64,000 nucleotides of DNA from a virus, in the IMG/VR virus record IMGVR_UViG_3300035670_009638, positions 18,502-82,501 of that record; one strand, written 5' to 3'. Made by a program: the position numbers and the translations under genes. Below, piece by piece: positions 20,905 to 28,951 of this stretch. Positions within the stretch are counted from its first letter, which is position 1. Every line of letters begins with the position of its first letter. A model generated the notes under the pieces. It made no database searches. It had not been told where the DNA came from and was given only the letters and a program-made list of their open reading frames with translations.

Positions 20905-21849
20905 TTATTTGTCATCATTTAACCAATCGTATAATACACTCTTACCAGTAGAAGAATAATCAAAAACATAAAACTGTTCTTTCTTGTAAGTGAAAGCTTG
21001 CTCTACCCATTCTTTAATTAGACCTCTCATATTCTTTATGTCTTTAACTCTAGTAAGCATCTTAACTACCGTATTACTAAACTCGTAATCATTTAAAGCT
21101 TCAGGATCTTCCATAGAGCAATCAGGAATTATAAATCCTTTAGAAATTTGGTATTTATAAGCATCTTCAATTTCTAGTATTTGAGAAGCATTTAAATAGA
21201 TTTGTTTATTAACAATCATAACCTTAATCCTATTCTTTAATTCTTGAGGTAAATTACAATCCCATAGTATTTCATATATATCTACTAGATTAGGATTAGG
21301 ATTAAGATTTTTATTTATATTTATTTCTTTTATATCTGTTTTATTTATATCTATTTTATTTAATAGGTGCTCGTTTTCAACAGTTGAAAATGAACTGTTG
21401 ATGTTCAATTGTTGATTTTCAGCACTTGAAGAAACCTTGATTTGACGCGATTCTTTCAATTGTTGATTTTCGTCAATTGAAAGTAAATGACCAAAAGTGC
21501 TGCTAATTTCCATAATCTTGAAGTCTACTTGTACTTCCTCAATTAGCTCAACTACTTCTTCATCAGAAAAAGGAACGTCTGAAATATGATAGATATGTTC
21601 ATTCTTTTTTCCATTTCTGTACTTTATATCAATCCAAAATTTCTTTTCTTCCAATTCTTTAATTGCATGAGAAATAGCAGCTCTACCAAACTTTGAATAT
21701 AGCTGCATTTTTCTAATCTCCCAAGTTTCTGGTAAAGACATTAAATGAGCTATCAAACCGATAGATCTAATATCTTCCAAATTTTGAAGAGGATTATTAT
21801 GGATTTGCGCATACTTGACTGTCTTCCTACGTTTAATGATATTTGACAT
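20905..21849 (-). CDS. Replication initiator-like protein with N-terminal winged HTH
   Basis: YAQIHN...GLIAHLMSLP..W...GRAAI..AIKELEEK; low-complexity linker carrying DNA repeats; RBS AAGGAG before ATG 21849. Confidence 0.7.
   Translation of the reverse strand: MSNIIKRRKTVKYAQIHNNPLQNLEDIRSIGLIAHLMSLPETWEIRKMQLYSKFGRAAISHAIKELEEKKFWIDIKYRNGKKNEHIYHISDVPFSDEEVVELIEEVQVDFKIMEISSTFGHLLSIDENQQLKESRQIKVSSSAENQQLNINSSFSTVENEHLLNKIDINKTDIKEININKNLNPNPNLVDIYEILWDCNLPQELKNRIKVMIVNKQIYLNASQILEIEDAYKYQISKGFIIPDCSMEDPEALNDYEFSNTVVKMLTRVKDIKNMRGLIKEWVEQAFTYKKEQFYVFDYSSTGKSVLYDWLNDDK
21290..21480. repeat. Putative replication origin (iterons plus AT-rich tract) inside the initiator gene
   Basis: TTCAATTGTTGATTTTC at 21404-21420 and 21455-21471; palindrome TTTTCAACAGTTGAAAA at 21374-21390; AT-rich tract at 21290-21365. 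Confidence 0.55.
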
Positions 21850-21906
21850 AATTTGTCGCTCCTTTTCTTCTTGATTTTTAGGAGCAACACCTGATATAAT
21901 AAAGTA

Positions 21907-21984
21907 AACCAAATTAAATGCACTTGTGAACTTTGGTCGGGGATCAGGTGTTGCAGTAGACGAGTTGGCGCTCGTCTATTTTTA
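21907..21984 (+). ncRNA. Antisense (countertranscript) RNA to the rep leader
   Basis: TTGATT-N18-(TG)TATAAT at 21871-21900; terminator TAGACGAG-ttggcg-CTCGTCTA plus T run; overlaps the 5' leader of rep. Confidence 0.65.
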
Positions 21985-22051
21985 TTATAATCTTAATTAT
22001 TGATACCGTAAATTGAATTGACGATATAACCTCAACATGGTAAAATATAAG

Positions 22052-22119
22052 TAGTAGTTGAGTTAAGCAATTAACTTGTTGTCCTGAATCTTTCCTCCGA
22101 TTGGTTCAGGACCTTTTTA
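22052..22119 (+). ncRNA. Putative trans-acting multi-target sRNA
   Basis: Promoter TTGACG-N17-(TG)TAAAAT at 22018-22046; hairpin AGTTAA-gcaa-TTAACT; terminator stem 22081-22112 with loop TTTCCTCCGATT and a T run; no ORF. Confidence 0.7.
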
Positions 22120-22473
22120 TGTATATTCATCAAAGAATGGCTCTAAGTATTCTGATTTTCCACAGGTGGGACAGACCTCTACAGAATTGGAAACTTTATT
22201 ACATAATTCGCAATATGCTTTTCCTTTTCTCTCATCATCAATTACTTCCTCAACATATTCTTCCATAATTCTTATTCCTTTTTTAGTTATTCCAGGTATA
22301 GGCTTAGTATTAAATTCATGCTTAAATAACATTTCAGTATCTACTTCAATAATTTTTCCAGCTAATTTTTTTAATGCTCTTTCCCATTTATCTTTTCCGT
22401 TGTATGTACCATTCCAGTCTGTATGTTCTTGTATGTATAGTTCGGCAGCATCTTTTCTGATTCTAATCTTCAC
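22117..22473 (-). CDS. Hypothetical protein with C-terminal zinc ribbon
   Basis: CELC...CPTC; RBS GGAGGTG before GTG 22473. Confidence 0.65.
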   Translation of the reverse strand: MKIRIRKDAAELYIQEHTDWNGTYNGKDKWERALKKLAGKIIEVDTEMLFKHEFNTKPIPGITKKGIRIMEEYVEEVIDDERKGKAYCELCNKVSNSVEVCPTCGKSEYLEPFFDEYT

Positions 22474-22581
22474 GTTCTCACCTCCCCACAAATATAATTA
22501 TAAATCATTTCTACAAAAAAGAAAATATAAGTAAAAAAACAAATAAAAAAATAAGCTCAGAAAAGAGCTTATTTCAAGTTT

Positions 22582-23154
22582 TTAGCTAAAATAATGTTTT
22601 TTACAATAAGCAAGATATTTACTCTTCTCTTCTACGAATGTATCACCATTTCTTGCTACTTTTCCATTAACAATTCTAGCGTTGTATTCTGCTATAGATT
22701 CGCAGTTATCATGCTGACAATTCATAGGAATGTTGGAAATGTTCATTGGCTCTATTTCACTTAATAGGTAACTCGAACCTTCAAAGTAGTCACCAGTGAA
22801 TGTAGTTGATAATCCGTAGAAATGAATATCAATTCCATTTTCAATTGCCCCGTTCAAAATTTTTGATAAAGTCATTTTATTTAAAAATTGAACTTCATCA
22901 ATATAAACTGTTTCAAGTTCTGGAACTGAAAAAAATAAATTAACAAATCTTATGACCTTTTCATGTTCATTAGCATTTATATTGATCGAGAAAATAAATT
23001 GTCCATTTCTACTTTCAATTGTACCAATGGTTCCTGTTTCTTCTTCTAATTTTGCAGAAAGAGTAATACATAAAGTATTATCTTTTTTAATTTTTTCAAT
23101 TAAAGATTTTGATTTCCCTGAACCCATAAGTCCAGTAGTAAAAGTTGCAACCAT
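22582..23154 (-). CDS. tdk: Thymidine kinase
   Basis: G.MGSGKS, IESRNG, IDEVQF, YGL...F.G..F and a C-terminal Zn site (C..HY). Confidence 0.88.
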   Translation of the reverse strand: MVATFTTGLMGSGKSKSLIEKIKKDNTLCITLSAKLEEETGTIGTIESRNGQFIFSININANEHEKVIRFVNLFFSVPELETVYIDEVQFLNKMTLSKILNGAIENGIDIHFYGLSTTFTGDYFEGSSYLLSEIEPMNISNIPMNCQHDNCESIAEYNARIVNGKVARNGDTFVEEKSKYLAYCKKHYFS

Positions 23155-23236
23155 ATTATTTTCCTCCTGGTATAGTAGTTGAATTACATTGTAATTATAT
23201 CTGCACCAGGGAAAACGTAAATTTCAATTCTCATAA

Positions 23237-23461
23237 TTATACTGGTCTTTTTATACTGGGCTTATCATCCTCATCTTCATCATCCAATATGCCTTTTTCT
23301 TCAAGTTTCATAACTATATAATCGTAGTCTTTTATTGGAAGAATTTCTCCGTAGATTCTAGAATACCTTTTACATAGATCGGACACAAACTGGTCAAAAG
23401 ATTGACCAGCTGTGAAGATCCCTTCATTTTTTATTTTCATCAATTTTTCTTTTGAGTCCAT
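23237..23461 (-). CDS. Hypothetical protein
   Basis: Coupled to the upstream GGCT gene; RBS GAGGTG. Confidence 0.6.
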   Translation of the reverse strand: MDSKEKLMKIKNEGIFTAGQSFDQFVSDLCKRYSRIYGEILPIKDYDYIVMKLEEKGILDDEDEDDKPSIKRPV

Positions 23462-23462
23462 A

Positions 23463-23876
23463 TTAAACCACCTCTACCATATGTTTTCTAAAATCACCGT
23501 CATTTATAGGCTCACCGAGGCCTTCTCTTTTGGTGTTATATAAATACATATAGCACTCAATCAAAGAGCCATCTGAGGCCTTACAGTGACCTAAAATACG
23601 ATGATAAAGGTTCATATCGTTATTTGGTCCATAGTAACCTTCTAGTCTGTCCAAAAGTTTCATGCTAATATTCAAGTATTCAGGTTTGATTGTAATAATC
23701 TCACCAGACACTTTTCCTGTTCCTTTTAGCATGCAAGGAAATCTTCCACATTCATGCATGTATAAATCTTTGTCATCAGCTACAGCAGATTCAATGCTTT
23801 CAATTGCCTCTTGGATTAAAATTTTATGATTGCTCATTCCACTCATTAAAGTACCATATACAAAAAATTTATTCAT
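23463..23876 (-). CDS. Gamma-glutamylcyclotransferase (AIG2-like)
   Basis: FVYGTLM.G..NH, V.GE, LDRLEG and Y.R. Confidence 0.88.
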   Translation of the reverse strand: MNKFFVYGTLMSGMSNHKILIQEAIESIESAVADDKDLYMHECGRFPCMLKGTGKVSGEIITIKPEYLNISMKLLDRLEGYYGPNNDMNLYHRILGHCKASDGSLIECYMYLYNTKREGLGEPINDGDFRKHMVEVV

Positions 23877-23941
23877 TATTTTTCCTCCTCTTATTTTAAT
23901 CTTAAGATTAAGAACTCCCCTTCTGGGGAGCTCTCTTTTTA

Positions 23942-24697
23942 TTAAGCTAGCTTAGCGATGTATCGTTGGGCTCTTTTGAATTGTTTTACTACCGGTTTAT
24001 TATCTGAAAGACCAACTTCTTCTAGCATTTCATCAAGAGCTTCTTCGTTGTTGCTTGACTGTAATGGAGTCATCTCTTGAATATTTGCTGCTGTTTCAAC
24101 TAACTTGTGTGTGAATTCGATCCATGCAAGAATTTCATTAATATTTGTTGTTCCTTGATGATGTCTGAACTCAATTGTTCCATACTTAACGTATGCTCTG
24201 TTGTTTAAATTGTAATATCTTGAACGGATTGAGTTTTTAAATTCTTCGATATTGGAAGCGCTTTCAACATTTTCCATAATTGGAGCAATTGGACTGCAAT
24301 AAGAACTTATTCTTCTTGATGGATTAATGATTGAGTAAATTGCATTTCTTTCATATTTATTATAAAGTCTGTATAAGTTTTTGATTTGGTTTATGTTGAA
24401 ATCGTTGATATCATGATGAACATGTAAACCAGTTTTCTTATTACAACGAACTTTCAACTCTTTTCTTAAAACATGAACTACAGTTTTTAATTCTTCTGTG
24501 TCAGTAAGTGGTGGGCTAACAATCTCCCATCCATTGATTGAAGCATCTGGTTGAACTTTCCATGCATTGTGATTTACTGGGCTTCCGTAACGATCACCTT
24601 CAACATTAATTCCAGCATTTTGTAATGCTTCAATTACCTCATAACGAGATTTACTTGTTGCTACTTCTAATTCTGCTCCAAATTTCATTTGTCTCAT
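23942..24697 (-). CDS. Putative amidoligase (COOH-NH2 ligase, Amidoligase_2)
   Basis: FGAELE, W....D.SI, EIVSPPL, GLHVH, RY..LN and TIEFR.HQGT. Confidence 0.88.
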   Translation of the reverse strand: MRQMKFGAELEVATSKSRYEVIEALQNAGINVEGDRYGSPVNHNAWKVQPDASINGWEIVSPPLTDTEELKTVVHVLRKELKVRCNKKTGLHVHHDINDFNINQIKNLYRLYNKYERNAIYSIINPSRRISSYCSPIAPIMENVESASNIEEFKNSIRSRYYNLNNRAYVKYGTIEFRHHQGTTNINEILAWIEFTHKLVETAANIQEMTPLQSSNNEEALDEMLEEVGLSDNKPVVKQFKRAQRYIAKLA

Positions 24698-24770
24698 TTT
24701 AATTACCTCCGATTTTTTTATTTTAGTTGAGTGATTATTTATATCTCTCTCTATTTATTATTATATCATG

Positions 24771-24784
24771 CAAACATATGTTCG
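24771..24784. promoter_or_regulatory. LexA/DinR SOS box
   Basis: Minus strand CGAACATATGTTTG, overlapping the TGTACG-N17-TATAAT promoter of the amidoligase operon. Confidence 0.75.
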
Positions 24785-24863
24785 TACACTATTATTTTCA
24801 TTATTTTGCAACTTTTTTGCATTTTTTAAGAAAAAATAAAAAAGACAGCAATTAAGCTGCCTT

Positions 24864-25136
24864 TTATACGAAACCTCCAGAATCATCTGGAAGTTCGTTA
24901 TCATCATTATCAATATTTTTATCAATTTTTATAGAAGAAGTATTATCGTTATTAACTGGTTTATGTTCAACATATATAGTTTTATTATTAGAATATATAT
25001 CGTTCATTATCAGTTTTCTTAAATAGAATGCAATTCCATTATCTTCTTTTTCACGTTCTAAAGCTTCACAAATCTCAGGATACTTCTTTCTATTGAAGTT
25101 GATCTGGTACAAGAAGTTGTCCTGGTTTTTGTTCAT
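24864..25136 (-). CDS. Putative ParR-like centromere adaptor
   Basis: Small ORF overlapping the parM stop; RHH-like N-terminus and acidic disordered tail. Confidence 0.55.
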   Translation of the reverse strand: MNKNQDNFLYQINFNRKKYPEICEALEREKEDNGIAFYLRKLIMNDIYSNNKTIYVEHKPVNNDNTSSIKIDKNIDNDDNELPDDSGGFV

Positions 25137-25957
25137 GTAAACATCGCCTCAAACTTCTTGCTATACTTTAGAAGTAATCCAACTGCATTAACGTAATAAG
25201 TTGGATAACCATCAAGTTCAGCAGCAGAAACTTTTTCATATCCTAACTGTTCAAGAGATTTTTGTATATCAAAAGCTTTGCCTCCAGTTGTTATGATCGG
25301 ATAATCGTACTCAATTTGTGGACAAGACTTTAGAACGTTGTTCGCAATTTGGAAAGGGCTATTATTGATAGTTCCTCCATTCAATGTTGCGCTATCTTCT
25401 TTACTTATTGCTCCATTTATTAAATATAGAACATTTGTAGTCATAGAGCCTGCATCGATGATTACAAAGTTTTTCTCTTTAGAGAAATGAGCTGCGCCAA
25501 ATCCTTCAGCTGCACATATAATTCTATTAACTTCAAAATCAAAAGGATTTTCATCAATCCAAGATGTTCTTTTTCCTTGGAAGTTTTTTACGAAATAATC
25601 TTTATCGCTGACCATGCTTTTATAAGGACTTGTAAGTATTAGATTAAATTCTCTTTCTCCAGTTTCTTTATATATATTATGTAGAGCTGCAACAAGTCTT
25701 ACTTGAGCTTCATGATGGCCTTTCTTTGTATTTCCAAAATACATTCTTTCTTCTTTTCCACTGTAGAAATTTTTTACAGCTTCACCAACATAGTAGTCTA
25801 AGTTATTGTAGACATACCTTGTCATTCCCTCTGTTTCTTCCAATGGTTTATAAGGATGAATTACGGAAGAGAAAGATCCCATCTTTGTTTCATTTTTCCA
25901 TTCGTACACGTATTTGGTACTAAAATTCCCAACATCAATTACAGTAGTTAGTGTCAA
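25133..25957 (-). CDS. ParM/StbA-family actin-like ATPase
   Basis: IDVGNFSTK, AEG, IDAGSMTTN, TGG and NAVG actin-fold motifs; RBS AGGAGG before TTG 25957. Confidence 0.85.
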   Translation of the reverse strand: MTLTTVIDVGNFSTKYVYEWKNETKMGSFSSVIHPYKPLEETEGMTRYVYNNLDYYVGEAVKNFYSGKEERMYFGNTKKGHHEAQVRLVAALHNIYKETGEREFNLILTSPYKSMVSDKDYFVKNFQGKRTSWIDENPFDFEVNRIICAAEGFGAAHFSKEKNFVIIDAGSMTTNVLYLINGAISKEDSATLNGGTINNSPFQIANNVLKSCPQIEYDYPIITTGGKAFDIQKSLEQLGYEKVSAAELDGYPTYYVNAVGLLLKYSKKFEAMFT

Positions 25958-26208
25958 ACTAAGCAACCTCCTAAATTTATTTATAGTACTCTCATAATCT
26001 ATTATAGGACAAAAACCTAACAAAGTAAAGGGTTTATGTATTTTTTTAAATAACTAATTATTTAAGTTGTTATGTAATAAATTAAATAACTGAATATTAA
26101 GAAATTATATCTTAAATAGGTAGAAAAAAACCCGTATAAATGTTATAATTAGATAAGAAAATAAAAAGACTTACCCTTTTTTAGGATAAGTCTTTCTTCT
26201 GTTGGAGA

Positions 26209-26805
26209 TTAGGCGATCTCTAGATATTGTTCGGCAACTACTTTTTGTAATTTCTTCTTAAGTTTATTCACTCTTTGGTTGGCAGCCTGACGAGTGATAC
26301 CATATTTATCAGCGTAATTTTGAACTGAGAAGGATTTTTTGTCGAGGATAACTTTTAGGAGATCTTCTTCTCCAGGTTCAATGCTTTCTTGAATGATGGC
26401 AGTCAATTCTTTGAAAGCAAGGTTGTCCATTGAGTTGTCATCTGTTGCGAACATATCTTCAAGTTTGAGATCGTCGTCTCCAACAGGAGCGTTCATTGAA
26501 ACTGTAACACCTTGATTTTTCAAGGAGTATTTATGGTAAGTGGCGTTTCTTACACCTTTTTGAAGTTTGTAATATAGATAAGTTGTGAAGCAATTTCCCT
26601 GAGTTGGTTCATATTGCTCATATGCTCTCCATAATTCTAAATCAAGTTCTTGTCTAAAATCTTCTTCTTCTACTGCGTTGAAGATAAACTTGTTGTTTGC
26701 TCTCTTCATAGCTTTAATGACCATTGGAGTAAATTGTTCTCTTACTTCTTCAAAAGTCATTTCCTTGCTAGTGTTATCAGAAAATAAGATTGTCTTTGTC
26801 ATCAT
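26209..26805 (-). CDS. Phage RNA polymerase sigma-70-family factor
   Basis: Region 2-like ED..QE..L.LWRAYEQY......F.TY; SMNAPVGDD; region 4 HTH (ADKYGITRQAANQR). Confidence 0.85.
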   Translation of the reverse strand: MMTKTILFSDNTSKEMTFEEVREQFTPMVIKAMKRANNKFIFNAVEEEDFRQELDLELWRAYEQYEPTQGNCFTTYLYYKLQKGVRNATYHKYSLKNQGVTVSMNAPVGDDDLKLEDMFATDDNSMDNLAFKELTAIIQESIEPGEEDLLKVILDKKSFSVQNYADKYGITRQAANQRVNKLKKKLQKVVAEQYLEIA

Positions 26806-26916
26806 AATAAAGTTCTCCTCCGATTCATTAATTTTTATATCTCACATTTTATTTATATCTGTCTTTTATAAAACGTAAATTAAAAATTAAATAAATTTAA
26901 AAGAATTTTAAAATAA

Positions 26917-26968
26917 GAACTGATGTTCTACAAAAAAGAGTATGAAGTTTTAGATAGAACGTATGTTC
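26917..26968. promoter_or_regulatory. Tandem LexA/DinR SOS boxes upstream of the sigma gene
   Basis: GAAC-TGAT-GTTC at 26917-26928 and GAAC-GTAT-GTTC at 26957-26968. Confidence 0.7.
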
Positions 26969-27009
26969 TATGAAAAAGTATAAGGTAGTATAGAACAAAT
27001 TGTTATGTA

Positions 27010-27275
27010 AAAGCAATTCCTCCCCTCTAAAAGTGGATTAGACCAAATATTCAGTTTTCGTTTAACTAAAAAAATAATGGTGAACCAAATAACCAACGGA
27101 TGAAGATTGTTGGTTAAAATACTTGCATATAAAGCCAACTGGTGGAGATTGTTGGCTTTACTCCGATGCAAATCAACTTCTGTGAAGATAGAAGTTAAGC
27201 GATGTTGCAGGGGAAACATGATGTAATTATAAATTTGAAAGATATAATAAATTGAGAATCTATATCTCTCTCACA
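27010..27275 (-). ncRNA. Structured non-coding element with three similar hairpins
   Basis: Stems AACCAAC/GTTGGTT, AAAGCCAAC/GTTGGCTTT and AACTTCT/AGAAGTT share the loop motif TGRAGAT (plus strand); minus-strand promoter at about 27282-27310. Strand is inferred. Confidence 0.45.
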
Positions 27276-27515
27276 TTTATAATTATATCACAAATTCTTC
27301 CATTCGAGAATATTTTTTTACAACTTTCTTAATAATTTTTTGTTACTACAATTTTAAGAAGCTACATTCACTATTGTGAAACACTAAACAAAATAATACA
27401 ACAACATGGACAAATTGTCTACTTGTAATCATAAAATACTCATTTTATAATAAATAACGTCAATATATAGTGCGTATTGGCGAATATAACACTACATATT
27501 GACGGTTAATTTTCG

Positions 27516-28067
27516 TTATTTCTTCTTGCTGCAAACCCCTTTTTCTACTTCTGGAATAATTCTATTATCTAGTAATCTTTTCATTATTCCGCACTTGTTT
27601 ACATCTTTTTTGCAAAGTTTGCAGTTATTTTTCATAAACGTTTCAAGCTCTTCTTGGCTATCAAAAACCCCGATAGCTTCACTTTCGAATATTTCAATTT
27701 CAATTCTTGGGTTAGCAGCATCAATATAAATTCTATCTGCAACCGGTAAAGCTATATCATCATCAAGATAGACTCCAGCCTCAGTTAATGCATCCAATGG
27801 AACTTTAAGAAGATTGTTTGCATCCTTTCTTTTTCTGTCCAAGAAGAATGTCATTCGAACATAAACTTGTTTACCTTTTTCAGGTCTACTCCATTTTTGT
27901 TCTCTTATCTGATCCTTTACATAATCAACAAAGAAAGTCTTGTAAGCAACTGTTTCTTCAGTTGGGTAAGCTTGAACATATCTTCTGTTTCCTCTTCTAG
28001 CAATTCTATAGTTCAAATAACTATTCACTGATGGAGGTAAAGGTGAAGTTAGGAATAGTTTTTTCAA
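27516..28067 (-). CDS. RusA-like Holliday junction resolvase
   Basis: PPSVN, D.NNLLK...DAL...GVY.DD and PRIEI. Confidence 0.85.
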   Translation of the reverse strand: MKKLFLTSPLPPSVNSYLNYRIARRGNRRYVQAYPTEETVAYKTFFVDYVKDQIREQKWSRPEKGKQVYVRMTFFLDRKRKDANNLLKVPLDALTEAGVYLDDDIALPVADRIYIDAANPRIEIEIFESEAIGVFDSQEELETFMKNNCKLCKKDVNKCGIMKRLLDNRIIPEVEKGVCSKKK

Positions 28068-28621
28068 GATTGTTTACCTCCTTGGATTATTTTTAGTATT
28101 TCATTAAGTACTCCAGATTTGGTAGTTTTATTTATTACATAGTCAACTTCTTTTTCGAAGTCTTTAAAGTCTTCTTCGTCTGCCATTAATCTTCTAAGAA
28201 GTTCGTTCACCCGGTCTTTCCGATTCAGTCCTCGAAGCAATCTGATCTCAAGATCTACCATTAGATAAATTCCAGTTACATTTTCTTTGCCAAGATTTTT
28301 AACTAAATCTCTGTAACCTTTTGGTTCAGTTACAACCACAAGATCTTTAGTTAAATCAATATCCTGGCGATTGATAGCATAATGCCATTCTGTTCCGAAA
28401 GCATTTTTAAATGTGTTCTTAGCAATCAATAGGTTGAATTCGTCAAGATGGTTATATTGTTGATCAGAAATAAAGTAATAATCTTTTCCACTAACTTCAT
28501 TTTTTCTTTTTGGTCGAGTTGTGTAAGTTATGATGGTTTCATATCCAATGTTAATGAGTTGCTTTAAAGTCGTGGTTTTACCAGAACAAGTTGGTCCCAA
28601 TAAAACATAAATCATAAGCAA
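28064..28621 (-). CDS. Guanylate-kinase-like NMP kinase
   Basis: GPTCSGKTT and TTRPKR.NEV.G.DYYF. Confidence 0.88.
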   Translation of the reverse strand: MLMIYVLLGPTCSGKTTTLKQLINIGYETIITYTTRPKRKNEVSGKDYYFISDQQYNHLDEFNLLIAKNTFKNAFGTEWHYAINRQDIDLTKDLVVVTEPKGYRDLVKNLGKENVTGIYLMVDLEIRLLRGLNRKDRVNELLRRLMADEEDFKDFEKEVDYVINKTTKSGVLNEILKIIQGGKQS

Positions 28622-28899
28622 CCACCCTTTATTCTATTGGCCAAAGTTCCTTTAGCTTCGTATAGCAAAGCTTCTAAAGTCTTTGAATCAAAAACACCAT
28701 CATGTCTTACTAGCTCATTTCCTCGTTTATCTGAAAAAATAATTGTATGCCATTTTTCAGGATGATATTTTTCTACGACTTCGTTATCAAGTTTTATTCT
28801 TTCAAGCTTGTACCCTTCTAATTTAGCTTCATCAATCTGACGATCTAAGAACGGAACAATCAAGCTGTCTTCTTCGTAAAGATAAATAATTTTTATCAT
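28612..28899 (-). CDS. Hypothetical protein (possible thioredoxin fold lacking CxxC)
   Basis: RBS ATCGGAGG; ...GNELVRHDG pattern. Confidence 0.55.
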   Translation of the reverse strand: MIKIIYLYEEDSLIVPFLDRQIDEAKLEGYKLERIKLDNEVVEKYHPEKWHTIIFSDKRGNELVRHDGVFDSKTLEALLYEAKGTLANRIKGGCL

Positions 28900-28951
28900 A
28901 ATCGTTCCTCCGATATTTAGTAGTTAAGTAACCAGAGAGAAATCTCTCTGA

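Noticed and set aside
22081-22112. Hairpin as merely the terminator of ORF 22117-22473
   Set aside because: The T run is on the plus-strand side, a plus-strand promoter lies 35 nt upstream, and the loop matches the RBS tag.
26968-27219. 83-aa ORF in the track
   Set aside because: No RBS, atypical composition, and it coincides with the hairpin element; more likely non-coding.
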